DNA of 64,000 nucleotides from an uncultured bacterium. GTDB lineage: Bacteria; UBP4; UBA4092. Under the pieces are notes generated by a model that was not told where the DNA came from, searched no databases, and worked only from the letters and a program-made list of their open reading frames with translations. The position numbers and the translations under genes were made by a program. Each line of letters opens with the position of its first letter. Position 1 is the first letter of the stretch. The stretch is taken from positions 1-64,000 of the forward strand of contig CAZXWN010000014.1 in the NCBI GenBank assembly GCA_964644695.1. Direction: 5' to 3'. Shown here in pieces: positions 18,477 through 28,927 of this stretch.

Positions 18477-19592
18477 TTATTCTTGGGTCACCACTGCAGT
18501 ACCCATCAGTTTCTGCCGTGTATCTTCAGGATCCTGGGCACGTTCAAGAGCCACTTCTGCAGAAATATCACCGCGTTGGAACAAGTTAATCAGGAACTGG
18601 TCCATGGTAATCATACCCAGCTTCTGACCGGTCTGAATTGAAGACAGAATTCGGTTTGTTTTGTGTTCACGAATCAAGTTAGCAATAGCTGGAGTATTAA
18701 CTAATATTTCATAAGCAGCGACACGACCACGACCCGTAATACGAGGACACAAGGTTTGACATAATATGGCAACAATGGACATCGAAAGCTGCATACGGAT
18801 CTGTTCCTGCTGAGTTGTCGGGAAAACGTCGATAACACGTTCCACCGTCTGAGAAGCTGAAATAGTGTGTAAGGTTGCAAAAACCAAGTGACCCGTTTCT
18901 GCAGCTGTAATAGCTGCTTCCATAGTTTCCAAGTCTCGCATTTCACCGACCAGAATAACATCCGGGTCCTGTCGTAAAGCATGTTTCAAAGCCGCCGCGA
19001 AAGACGGCGTATCTACGCCCAATTCACGGTGAGTTACGATTCCTTTTTTATGCGGGTGATAATATTCAATTGGATCTTCAATTGTAATAATGTGTGCATA
19101 TCTATTTTCATTAATCCAATCGATCATCGTTGCCAATGTCGTAGTTTTACCGGATCCAGTAGGCCCCGTAATCATGATTAGTCCACGAGGACGACATAAT
19201 AATTCTTTAATAAACGCGGCAGGCAACCCTAATTGATCAAAGGTTAATATTTTGTAGGGGATCAAACGGAGAACAATACCAATTTCTCCACGGGCACGGA
19301 AAGCACTAACACGGAAACGAGCAATATCTAGAAATGAAAATCCAAAGTCGGCGCAACCAGCTTCCATAATTGCCTGTTGATGCCGAGTGGGTGTAATTTC
19401 TTCCATCAGACGCTCAGTATCTTTTGGCGTAAGAACCTGCATACCAACTTTTTCTAATCGACCATCCATTCGAAGAGTTGGAGGGCGACCTACTGATATA
19501 TGAATATCTGATGCATTTTTTTCCACGCAAAGTTTCATCATATCTTGCATGGTTATATTTTCGCCTGGAGCTCGGGGTGACTCAATTGCCAT
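18477..19592 (-). CDS. pilT: Type IV pilus retraction ATPase PilT
   Basis: ASDIH, GPTGSGKTT, RQDPDVILVGEMRD, AETGHLV, AIANLIRE. Confidence 0.95.
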   Translation of the reverse strand: MAIESPRAPGENITMQDMMKLCVEKNASDIHISVGRPPTLRMDGRLEKVGMQVLTPKDTERLMEEITPTRHQQAIMEAGCADFGFSFLDIARFRVSAFRARGEIGIVLRLIPYKILTFDQLGLPAAFIKELLCRPRGLIMITGPTGSGKTTTLATMIDWINENRYAHIITIEDPIEYYHPHKKGIVTHRELGVDTPSFAAALKHALRQDPDVILVGEMRDLETMEAAITAAETGHLVFATLHTISASQTVERVIDVFPTTQQEQIRMQLSMSIVAILCQTLCPRITGRGRVAAYEILVNTPAIANLIREHKTNRILSSIQTGQKLGMITMDQFLINLFQRGDISAEVALERAQDPEDTRQKLMGTAVVTQE

Positions 19593-19651
19593 AACTGTCC
19601 TCTTTGATATCGTTACTATTTCTCAATAAACCAAGAAATAATCTATTTAGT

Positions 19652-21382
19652 TTAATCAGAATCCATCTGAGTAATCCGCATAATTTCTTCAACCGTGGTT
19701 TCACCAAGCACGGCTTTTTCGAAACCATCTTCTCTCAAAGTTCTCATTCCATATTGGCGAGCAACCTTTTTAATACGCATTGCAGGCTCACGATTTAAAA
19801 CCATACTTCGTATCTGTTCATTCAATACCAGCATTTCATGAATAGCTGTTCGGCCTTTATAACCAGAGAAACTACACTTTTCACATCCATGCCCACGAGT
19901 TAATTGCAATCCAACAACCTGTTCTGCGGGCAAGGCTAGCAAATCAAGTTCTTCTTGTGTAGGGGTGTATTTTTCTTTACATGCACTACAAACTCGTCGG
20001 ACCAAACGCTGGGCCACAACACACTGTACAGAAGATGCCACAAGGAAGGGTTTAATACCCATATCAATCAAACGTACCGTAGCTGAAGCAGCATCATTAG
20101 TGTGAAGAGTAGAAAAAACCAAGTGACCGGTCAATGCAGCACGAACTGCAATTTCAGCGGTTTCCGTATCACGAATTTCACCAACCAGAATAACATCTGG
20201 AGACTGACGCAACATAGCACGCAACCCAATCGAGAAGGTCAAACCTACTTCCGTATTTACCTGTACCTGATTTATACCTTTAACCATATATTCAACAGGG
20301 TTTTCAACGGTAATAAGTTTCTTATCCGGGGTATTGATAGCCGAAAGAGCCGCATACAACGTCGTTGATTTACCAGACCCAGTAGGTCCAGTCATCAACA
20401 AAACACCATTGGGCTTTTTAATCTGCTGTTCAAACAGTTTAATGTGATAGGGAGAAAAACCAACATCTTCAAGACCATACATAACAGAGGTCTGGTCCAA
20501 AATACGCATAACAAAGCTTTCACCATATAATGCTGGCAAAGCAGATACACGAACATCCAGTTTTCTACCATCAATATCAAGTTTAATACGGCCATCCTGA
20601 GGAATTCGACGCTCGGCCATATCCATACCACTCATTAGTTTTAACCGAGACAGAATGGCATTCTGGGCGCGTTTAGGAGGCGGCGCCATTTCATGACAGA
20701 CACCGTCAATACGAAACCGTACTTTTAGCTGCCGAGCAAAGGGCTCGACATGAATATCTGACGCTCTATCATGAATGGCTTGTCGGAACATGATATTAAC
20801 AAATTTAACGATAGAAGCATCATCGGCTGTTACATCTTCTTTATCTATCTTCTTCAAATCCATGCCATCAAGGCTTTCATCGAGTTTCAGCTCCTGCTGT
20901 TCCTCGATGAATTTTTCTACCATCTGTTCAACAATATGGCTTTCATAATACTTTTTGATAGCTCGATCTATGGCGTCTTCTTTAGCAATAACCAGTTGAA
21001 GATCCATATTTAGTATTATTTTCAAATCATCTTGTGTCTGTAAATTATATGGGTCAGAAATGGCAAGAGTAATGGTATTAGTATCTTTATTTAGTTTGAG
21101 TGGAAATACCCGGTAATATTTAACTATTTTTTCGGATAACAATTCTTTTTGAGAAGGATCAAACTTCATCTGATCCAAATCAATTATTTCCATACCCATC
21201 TGTTCTGCAGTGGCCTTAATAATATCGTCTTCAGATACTTGGCCTGTTTGAATCAGGGTATCACGCAATGATTGGCCAGCTTCATCAGCGACCAACATTG
21301 CTTTGTTCAGAGTATCAGGAGAAACCAGTTGGGCTTCTTCTAATGCCCGAACAAGACCATCTTTATTGTTATCTGCAGGCAT
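19652..21382 (-). CDS. pilB: PilB/GspE assembly ATPase (first copy)
   Basis: ASDIHVEP, GPTGSGKST, RQSPDVILVGEIRD, two CxxC. Confidence 0.92.
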   Translation of the reverse strand: MPADNNKDGLVRALEEAQLVSPDTLNKAMLVADEAGQSLRDTLIQTGQVSEDDIIKATAEQMGMEIIDLDQMKFDPSQKELLSEKIVKYYRVFPLKLNKDTNTITLAISDPYNLQTQDDLKIILNMDLQLVIAKEDAIDRAIKKYYESHIVEQMVEKFIEEQQELKLDESLDGMDLKKIDKEDVTADDASIVKFVNIMFRQAIHDRASDIHVEPFARQLKVRFRIDGVCHEMAPPPKRAQNAILSRLKLMSGMDMAERRIPQDGRIKLDIDGRKLDVRVSALPALYGESFVMRILDQTSVMYGLEDVGFSPYHIKLFEQQIKKPNGVLLMTGPTGSGKSTTLYAALSAINTPDKKLITVENPVEYMVKGINQVQVNTEVGLTFSIGLRAMLRQSPDVILVGEIRDTETAEIAVRAALTGHLVFSTLHTNDAASATVRLIDMGIKPFLVASSVQCVVAQRLVRRVCSACKEKYTPTQEELDLLALPAEQVVGLQLTRGHGCEKCSFSGYKGRTAIHEMLVLNEQIRSMVLNREPAMRIKKVARQYGMRTLREDGFEKAVLGETTVEEIMRITQMDSD

Positions 21383-21444
21383 TAAGGGAACCCCCGCTAT
21401 GGATAATACCGACTATTTGCATATTTATCTTTACGCTTGCTATA

Positions 21445-21473
21445 AGTCTATCCCTGCCCCCTTAGCCTGTCAA
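21445..21473 (-). promoter_or_regulatory. sigma70 promoter of pilB-pilT-pilB-pilC
   Basis: TTGACA(21468-21473)-17 nt-TAGACT(21445-21450). Confidence 0.7.
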
Positions 21474-21656
21474 GAAATTAGTAGGAACAGGTTAGCCTTA
21501 TATAACAAGCATCCTTTTACAGATCACCACATTAATTAGTATTTTAGTTTCACCCGACCTCGATTGGAATAATGCTCTACCGGGTTTTCTATATTGTTAA
21601 TATTTTATCAACCTTTTCAATAAAATGGCCAAGTTTTTACTTTTACAAATTATAAT

Positions 21657-24389
21657 TTAGTGAAACAACTTTAACCTGAGTGAATTAAGTACAACGGAAA
21701 TAGATGAAAAAGCCATTGCAACAGCCGCAAACATTGGATTAAGAACATTCATAGCCGCCATTGGCAAACAAATAATGTTATAGATGAAAGCCCAGAACAA
21801 ATTCAAGCGAATAGTCCAAATAACCTGTCGAGACAAAGAAAATGCTTTAGGAATAGTCTCTAAAGTGTCGCGAACCAGGGTAATATCCGCTGTTTCCATC
21901 GCAATATCTGTTCCCGAACCCATTGCAATGCTAACATCAGCACAAGCTAGGGCTGGTGCATCGTTAATTCCATCACCCACCATAGCAACGTTTCGCCCCT
22001 CCTGTTGTAACCGCTTGATTTCATCTGATTTATGGACAGGTAATAGTTCATACAATACTCTAGAGATACCCAGTTGTGAAGCAATAGCCTGAGCAGAGAC
22101 TTTGTTATCTCCTGTTAAGAGGATAACTTCCTTGCCCATGGATTTTAAAACATTAATAGCTTCTACAGCATCATCTTTTATTGTGTCTGCCACAGCAATG
22201 AGTCCAGCCGGCAAACGATTTACACTCACAAAAAGCACGGTTTTACTTTCTTTCGCCAAGGGTTCAGCTAAGACTTCAAGGTTTATCAGGTCAATATTTG
22301 ATCCTTTAAGGAAAAGAGCATTCCCAATCATTATCATTTGCCCTTTCAAAACCGCCTTAATGCCCTGACCTGGCACCACAGAAACAGAGTCTGGTGTACT
22401 TAACCTAAGGCCCTCATCCATGGCGGCAGATACTATAGAATCCCCAATAGGATGTTCTGACATACGCTCCACAGAAGCAACTAATTGAAGAAGTTGATTT
22501 TTATCCATACAAGCCAAGGGGATAACATCTGTCACATTAGGCTTGCCACGGGTCAAAGTACCTGTTTTATCAAAAATAACCGTATCCACCTTGTACAATT
22601 TTTCAAGACTGGTTACATTTTTTATCAGAATGCCCATGGATGCACCTTGCCCTGTGCCAACCATTATAGCCGTCGGCGTAGCAAGTCCTAATGAACAAGG
22701 GCATGCGACAATTAGCACAGTCACAAAAGCTGACAGCGCCTTTGTATATTGTGGAGTTGCCGGCAACCATATCCAGGCAATCAATGAAAGGAAAGCTATA
22801 CCCACAACAATCGGAACAAAAATACCGGCCAATTTATCAGCCAACCTTTGTATGGGAGCCTTTGTACTTTGCGCTTTCTCAACTAATTCAATAATTTTAG
22901 CCAGGATAGTTTCATTACCCACACGAACAGCCTGAATGGTTAATACTCCAGTTTTATTGACAGTTCCAGAGGATACATCGCACCCCAATACTTTTTCAAC
23001 AGGCAAAGCTTCGCCTGTCAGCATGGATTCATCTACTGTAGACGAACCCCTTTTTACAATCCCATCAACGGGGATGCGTTCTCCAACACGAACAAGAACG
23101 ATATCACCAGAAACCAAATCTTCGACAGGAACATCTACTTCCTGCCCAGCACGAACAACTCTTGCTATTCTAGGCTGCAAGCCCATTAACAGTCGTATTT
23201 GCGATGAAGTTTTTTCTTTCGCCCGATGCTCCAGATATCGGCCTAATGTAATAAAAATAATAATCATCACTGTCGTATCAAAAAATACATTAGAACTATC
23301 AATACCTATGGAAGCGAAATAGTTGGGGAATATTGTAAGAAGCGTACTATAAATAAAGGAGGCACCGGTACCTAAAGCAATCAGGGAGTTCATATCTAGA
23401 TATCGGTGACGAAGACTTTTCCAAGCGCCTACAAAAAAATGCCCACCCGTAAAAACAATAACCGTTAAGGATAATACTAATAAAATATAATTCAGTATAT
23501 TCGATGGGATATGACTCATCCCGAACAAATGCATCTGCATATTACCCACAATAACTGGGATACTGACAATTAAACCAAATACCAGTCGTCTTAAAAAATA
23601 TTTTTGTTCTGCATAATTACCCTCTGGAAGTGGAGATCCCGAAGACTTATCCAGAATGACATGGTAATTACCAGCACCTTCAATGGCCTTAACCAGAATA
23701 TTTACATCAGACAGTGCTGGGAGGTACTCAACAGTGGCTTTTCCAGTCCCCAAATTCACAGAGGCAGACAAAACATCCGGGACATTCAACAATGCTTTTT
23801 CAATATGACTGACACAAGCAGCGCAATTCATCCCTACAACAGTCAATACTTCTTGTTTACCTGCCACATGAAAACCAAGACTCTCCACAGTATGACAAAT
23901 ATCACGAACTGAATATCGAGAGGGTTCCCACCTTACTGATAATTGTGAAACTGCATAATTTACCGTTGCATTGATCACACCCGGTTCTTTTTTTAGGGTA
24001 TTTTCAATCCGATTTGCACAAGATGCACAGTGCATCCCATTTATTGTAAAAAGGCCTTCTTTATATTCTTTACCTGAATTTGATTCAATCTGTTGCGCGG
24101 ACTTTCTATCTTCTATGAGATTATCTTTAATGGATTTGCTTTCTTGAGTATCGGATACTTCTGGACGGTCTGAACCTTCCAACTCAACCAGCTTCCGAAT
24201 AGCGGCTTTAAGTTCTGACTGTGGATCACATGAATCAGAATGAACAAATTCCTCAGGATTCGCTGTAAATACATCCCGGCAATGTTTTCCGCAAAAATAA
24301 AACACCTGTCCCTGATGTTCTGCTTCAGGAGGCGAATTATCCAGATTTACTTTCATACCACAAACAGGATCAACAGGATTCTGTTGCAT
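21657..24389 (-). CDS. copA: Cu(+)-exporting P1B-type ATPase with an N-terminal YHS/TRASH domain and two HMA domains
   Basis: DPVCGM...YFCGKHC, GMHCASC, GMNCAAC, CPC, DKTGT, SEHP, GDGIND, YN and MAFSS motifs; ATG 24389 has a GAGGTG RBS. Confidence 0.93.
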   Translation of the reverse strand: MQQNPVDPVCGMKVNLDNSPPEAEHQGQVFYFCGKHCRDVFTANPEEFVHSDSCDPQSELKAAIRKLVELEGSDRPEVSDTQESKSIKDNLIEDRKSAQQIESNSGKEYKEGLFTINGMHCASCANRIENTLKKEPGVINATVNYAVSQLSVRWEPSRYSVRDICHTVESLGFHVAGKQEVLTVVGMNCAACVSHIEKALLNVPDVLSASVNLGTGKATVEYLPALSDVNILVKAIEGAGNYHVILDKSSGSPLPEGNYAEQKYFLRRLVFGLIVSIPVIVGNMQMHLFGMSHIPSNILNYILLVLSLTVIVFTGGHFFVGAWKSLRHRYLDMNSLIALGTGASFIYSTLLTIFPNYFASIGIDSSNVFFDTTVMIIIFITLGRYLEHRAKEKTSSQIRLLMGLQPRIARVVRAGQEVDVPVEDLVSGDIVLVRVGERIPVDGIVKRGSSTVDESMLTGEALPVEKVLGCDVSSGTVNKTGVLTIQAVRVGNETILAKIIELVEKAQSTKAPIQRLADKLAGIFVPIVVGIAFLSLIAWIWLPATPQYTKALSAFVTVLIVACPCSLGLATPTAIMVGTGQGASMGILIKNVTSLEKLYKVDTVIFDKTGTLTRGKPNVTDVIPLACMDKNQLLQLVASVERMSEHPIGDSIVSAAMDEGLRLSTPDSVSVVPGQGIKAVLKGQMIMIGNALFLKGSNIDLINLEVLAEPLAKESKTVLFVSVNRLPAGLIAVADTIKDDAVEAINVLKSMGKEVILLTGDNKVSAQAIASQLGISRVLYELLPVHKSDEIKRLQQEGRNVAMVGDGINDAPALACADVSIAMGSGTDIAMETADITLVRDTLETIPKAFSLSRQVIWTIRLNLFWAFIYNIICLPMAAMNVLNPMFAAVAMAFSSISVVLNSLRLKLFH

Positions 24390-24458
24390 AAAACACCTCA
24401 ATCAATCTACCTCATTATAACGGATAGTGCTTGGGGTTAAAGGTATGCTTCATATGAG

Positions 24459-27371
24459 TTATTGATACAAAGGATAATAATTATCCAGAGTAAACGTACC
24501 CGTAGCATTGTTGGATACCAGTATCTGACCATACAAATACGGCTGATTTGCCTGATGGTAGAAAGCCACATTACCAGAATCAGAAGCAGGATTTATTTGA
24601 TACGAAGCGATACCCGATAATTCGCTAAAGCTTGTACTCCCTGAGGATGGGGCGCCAAAATCCACCATAATCAGGAAGAAGTTATTCATCACTCCTGAAT
24701 AACTGGCTTTTCCTGCAAATCCTGCCGTTTTTCCCACAGAAACAGGAATAGTGTATGTGCTCGTCGGACCATTAGACATCGTCAGTTTAATACCCTGGTT
24801 TCCAGAAAAATCCCCTTGGAAATATCCGTTTTGTATTGACCAGGGAACTATGGCCATGCCCGACGCAGTAGGTTCGACAGCCCAGTAAGTCGTATCTGAA
24901 ACGGGGCTGAAATCACCTCCAGGGAAAGTACCCTGGCTCAAGGAAGGAGGATTTTCCTGGGTAATTCGGACATAATCCAGATATAAACTACTCGACCCAC
25001 TGGAGTTTTGGAAAACCAATTGTGGATACATATTCGTAGTACCACCATTGCCCCGGAAATAGAAGGTCATTGTTGTCCATGTAGAAGGAACTGCCATTAA
25101 AACCTGAGTCCCTAACTCAAAAGCACTCGGTGGAACACCTTGGAATCCATAAAGTGCAGCCACCAGATTATTGGGAGATGTGCTGCCACAAACCCGTATT
25201 TCATATTTATACCAGGCCTTCGGGGTAGCGTTTAACCACTGGTTTACATTCAAAGTTAATTTGATACCCTGAGTGCCACTGGTGAAATTGTATGTAGCCA
25301 ATCCTGTTGCACCACTATATACAGAGGTCCAGCTTCGCGCAGGAAGACTGGCTTTCCCATCAACTAATTCTTCAGCAAAGAGCGAGGTATCTGAAGCAAC
25401 CGCATAATTGCAGTAGAACAATGAGGGAATTACATGGATATATTGGTTTTTTGTTACCGTCGCAGCGCCATAGGATAAATTTACGATTTGCTGCACAGTG
25501 AACCAGGATTCTGTTGTTACTGAATACACATATACGGGGTTCTTCGCTGTACTGGTGCCCCCATTCCCAAAGTTCCACGACCAGGATTGCCCATCGGTGG
25601 ACTGGTCATAGAAATTCACTATCAGAGGAGAGTATCCGCTGACAGGGGATGCCGTAAATGAAGCGCCCGGAAGACCCTTAAAAACACGGACTTCATCCAG
25701 ATAAACAGTTCCTGCACCCGTTAAGGTCAATTGGACATCACGGTATCCGGCAGAGTTACTGCCAAAAGTGTTCGTTATATAGTAATGTTTCCACGTACCA
25801 CCCGCCGGGACGTTAACGTTAGTTGAGCCCTTTGTATTGGGTGAATAGGACCCGACCCACCCCAAATTACAGGAGGAATTACTGAACCCATTTTGATAGG
25901 CCCATGCGGACAGAGTCCATGTATCCCCTAGAGCGACTCTTCCATCCGTCTGATAAAAAGAAAGTCCAGTTCCGCCCGATTGAGTCAGAGATAAGGCGCT
26001 GCTGCCTGATTGTGGAGTAGGTTTACCCACAGAGAGATTTGATGAACTGTATTCCCAGTTCACCCAATTTGAGCGAGTGTTTTCAAACTCACCATTTTTT
26101 ATTCCCTGAGGATCACTGGTGATATTCCAGAATTTTGTTGACAGCATATCCCAGTTATCATTACGAGGATAATCATAGGAGTGGGCCCAATACCCTACCC
26201 CTCCAATGCCCAGGTTATTGATTAAATCATATTTATATCCCAGGGATTCGGCACTTTCCTGCCAAATCTGACGGTAGGTCGTTGGGGTATCTTGATAATA
26301 ATACCAGGGTGTTTGTGATGCTGTATCCCAGGCATTCGTCGTGGTATTGGCGACATAAAAAATGTTGCTGATAACAGAGGTATAACTACCACTTATGACT
26401 GAAGCGTGAGCCGAGGCTGAATTAGTGCGCCAGGATAATCCATATAACGGGAACCCCATCACCAGCTTAGATTTATTAACACCCGCCGGTTGTATATATG
26501 AATTTATTTTGCTCAACAATGAACAACTGGAAGAATAATATCCGCCTCGAGATAAGGGGGCATTCGGACCCGTTGAGCCGCTTCCGGAATAATAGAAGTT
26601 GTACCACATGACAAAAACCACATCCAGATTATTCGTCAGCACATTGTAATCATAATTTGAATTTAACGGCTCTGTGGCAATGGCTGACTGATAACTGGCA
26701 CCTATCGTCTTCATCGTAGAAGCCACTGAAATCATATAACTGCTTAATCGAGCCTTATTCGCTGAGCTGGCAGTCATCCCTTCCAAATCCAGAGAAACAC
26801 CATCAAACCCATATTTGATGACAACAGCTTTCATGGCCGTTAATGAAGTATAGGTGGCCGTTGGGTCACTAAGTAACACTTCCGGTTCATTAGCTCCATT
26901 ATCAAAACAGGTCAAACTTAAAATAGCTTTCACATTATTTTGATGTGCTTTTTGAATAAGGTATTGTGTATTATTACTTCCCACACTACCCAAAGTGAGC
27001 TTACCTGTCGTCTGAATACCTACGGAATGCCAACACACATGGGTCAAATATTTCCACTGTAACCAGTTGACTTTGGCTGTAGTACATTCCCAGGAAGGAA
27101 TATAGCTAAAGACAATCCGACCTAGAGATGCTGCCTGATTCGAGGAAATCTTCGCTGACTGCAGGGCCTGAGTTTTGGCAAATTCATCCTTAATGACCCA
27201 GTCAGGAACTGGTTCCGGGACGATATCCCCAAACTCCTGGGTTTGTAATTGATGAATCCCCGGACGGGAACTAACATACTCAATAGATTCATCGGCCCAA
27301 TTTTCAGAACTCCAACTGACAGAAATCAGGCACAAAAATATTATCAACAAGCTGAATAATCGTTCTCTCAT
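24459..27371 (-). CDS. Secreted GH18 glycoside hydrolase with CBM-like, PKD and repeated C-terminal domains
   Basis: Signal peptide; FDGVSLDLEG, MWYN, KLVMGFPLYG, GGVGYW; NGEFE...VYLDEV (CBM4/9-like); WSWNFGNG PKD. Confidence 0.85.
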   Translation of the reverse strand: MRERLFSLLIIFLCLISVSWSSENWADESIEYVSSRPGIHQLQTQEFGDIVPEPVPDWVIKDEFAKTQALQSAKISSNQAASLGRIVFSYIPSWECTTAKVNWLQWKYLTHVCWHSVGIQTTGKLTLGSVGSNNTQYLIQKAHQNNVKAILSLTCFDNGANEPEVLLSDPTATYTSLTAMKAVVIKYGFDGVSLDLEGMTASSANKARLSSYMISVASTMKTIGASYQSAIATEPLNSNYDYNVLTNNLDVVFVMWYNFYYSGSGSTGPNAPLSRGGYYSSSCSLLSKINSYIQPAGVNKSKLVMGFPLYGLSWRTNSASAHASVISGSYTSVISNIFYVANTTTNAWDTASQTPWYYYQDTPTTYRQIWQESAESLGYKYDLINNLGIGGVGYWAHSYDYPRNDNWDMLSTKFWNITSDPQGIKNGEFENTRSNWVNWEYSSSNLSVGKPTPQSGSSALSLTQSGGTGLSFYQTDGRVALGDTWTLSAWAYQNGFSNSSCNLGWVGSYSPNTKGSTNVNVPAGGTWKHYYITNTFGSNSAGYRDVQLTLTGAGTVYLDEVRVFKGLPGASFTASPVSGYSPLIVNFYDQSTDGQSWSWNFGNGGTSTAKNPVYVYSVTTESWFTVQQIVNLSYGAATVTKNQYIHVIPSLFYCNYAVASDTSLFAEELVDGKASLPARSWTSVYSGATGLATYNFTSGTQGIKLTLNVNQWLNATPKAWYKYEIRVCGSTSPNNLVAALYGFQGVPPSAFELGTQVLMAVPSTWTTMTFYFRGNGGTTNMYPQLVFQNSSGSSSLYLDYVRITQENPPSLSQGTFPGGDFSPVSDTTYWAVEPTASGMAIVPWSIQNGYFQGDFSGNQGIKLTMSNGPTSTYTIPVSVGKTAGFAGKASYSGVMNNFFLIMVDFGAPSSGSTSFSELSGIASYQINPASDSGNVAFYHQANQPYLYGQILVSNNATGTFTLDNYYPLYQ

Positions 27372-27518
27372 GTTTCCACCATATAATTTAAGTTTATCTC
27401 ATTTGTCAGATATTACTGGCTTATAGTAACTATTATCATAGTAAAAAACAAGGGGTGGAGGAGTAATCTGTTGCTATAAGTCAATCAACTTCACCTCTTT
27501 ATTTTCACTGGAGAAGAA

Positions 27519-27556
27519 ACGAAGAAGAATCGAACAAGATGACTATTGTTCGATTC
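27519..27556. repeat. Degenerate copy of the dispersed phased palindromic motif
   Basis: ACGAA gaagaa TCGAA N14 TTCGA; stem GAATCGAACAA/TTGTTCGATTC. Confidence 0.4.
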
Positions 27557-27662
27557 TATGTTGGTTAAGCGACTGTAAAACAATCACTTAAATACCATAC
27601 CACTGAATACTGGAGAACATCCAAAATAAGGGTTATCCATTGATTTCATTGGGTTTACAAGT

Positions 27663-28901
27663 TTAATACTTATCCAGGTAAAGCAGCCGGTTTCTGGACA
27701 TATTCCAACTTTCCTTTGGCAAGCTTTCTTGCGAGATAGTTTTGAATTTCAAATTATGAGTTCCAACATAAGCCATCCAGGATACATAACTCAATCCTGC
27801 ATAATCCATGCCTTTGGGTGATATTTCTTTATAAGGCCATTTCATCGTCTCTGAACGGTACGGGGCAAGAAACTCAACGGCTTTGGGCAAACTTCGACCC
27901 TCTGGCGTTACATAGTTCCACAAATCCACATTGATATTGTGTGCAATTTCAGCCAATTGGCTATATGCCGATAAATTGTAAATCGAATACGAAAAAGCCT
28001 TCGTCCGTTTCAGCTCAAGAGGCTGGCTTCCATCTGGCTCAATTTGTGAGGCAATGAGAATCTTTCCTTTTTCGATGGCTCTACGGGCAATCTCCTTATC
28101 CCCGGTATAAAGCGCAACACCCGCCAGTTGCACCTGATACCAGGTGCCGATATTGTTCTTCAATTCAGCGGCTTTTTTACCATTGGGGCTGTCTGTAAGC
28201 CAGGTTAGATATTGCCGCATCCATTGGGTCATTTCTCTTTTATACCCGGCTTTCCCATCGGGATAATATGTAGTCCACCCGGAAAACCCCTCCATTAAAA
28301 CCAGACTGTCGCATACTCTGGCCATGGGGGAAACACTGATTGTACCCACAGCGGTTCCGCTATTCTTTCCAGGGACCCATTGGGCATATTGAGCATTTGG
28401 ATTCATTCTTGTTTTAGGATTCAAAAACCAGGTAGAAATAAGTTCCGCCGCCTTCCGACCATACCGCTCATCATTTGTGAAATACCAGGCAAGCGACACT
28501 GTCTCTAATTCGCTGCGGAATAATCCCCAAGTCTTTCCATCCGTACCTTTATCATTATCAGGATTGGATACTCCATCCCTGCTGGTATAAGTCGTTTTAC
28601 CGGAGGCTGTTATTGCCGGCCAAATGTATGGACCTATTGAAATAAAATCATGTTTATCCCCAGATGGGGGAAGAATGGTTTTACTGGTAACCGTATAAGG
28701 ATTGTTCTTCAGAGTTTTCTCGGCTGAACGGAGCAATAATCCCATGGGAACTTTGAAATCAGGGGTTCCCTTCTGGATTTTGGCTTTGATTTGTTCCATA
28801 TCATCACCCCTGAGGGTAATCAGTCGAGGGGTTCCATGAACAAAGGCAGGGAGTAATAAAACAATAAACAAACATTTCACAATCAGTGATTTAACGAACA
28901 T
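27663..28901 (-). CDS. Secreted alginate-lyase-fold polysaccharide lyase (PL38/PL5-like)
   Basis: Signal peptide; PPSGDKHDF.S.GPY.WP, WF..PKTRMNP, NNIGTW, QIEPDGSQPLELKRT. Confidence 0.85.
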   Translation of the reverse strand: MFVKSLIVKCLFIVLLLPAFVHGTPRLITLRGDDMEQIKAKIQKGTPDFKVPMGLLLRSAEKTLKNNPYTVTSKTILPPSGDKHDFISIGPYIWPAITASGKTTYTSRDGVSNPDNDKGTDGKTWGLFRSELETVSLAWYFTNDERYGRKAAELISTWFLNPKTRMNPNAQYAQWVPGKNSGTAVGTISVSPMARVCDSLVLMEGFSGWTTYYPDGKAGYKREMTQWMRQYLTWLTDSPNGKKAAELKNNIGTWYQVQLAGVALYTGDKEIARRAIEKGKILIASQIEPDGSQPLELKRTKAFSYSIYNLSAYSQLAEIAHNINVDLWNYVTPEGRSLPKAVEFLAPYRSETMKWPYKEISPKGMDYAGLSYVSWMAYVGTHNLKFKTISQESLPKESWNMSRNRLLYLDKY

Positions 28902-28927
28902 AAAAACCTCATATATATCAAAACAAA

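Noticed and set aside
21784-24440. Numerous 60-130 aa antisense ORFs (here and throughout the ORF track)
   Set aside because: They lie opposite or out of frame within well-supported genes and have no motifs or RBS
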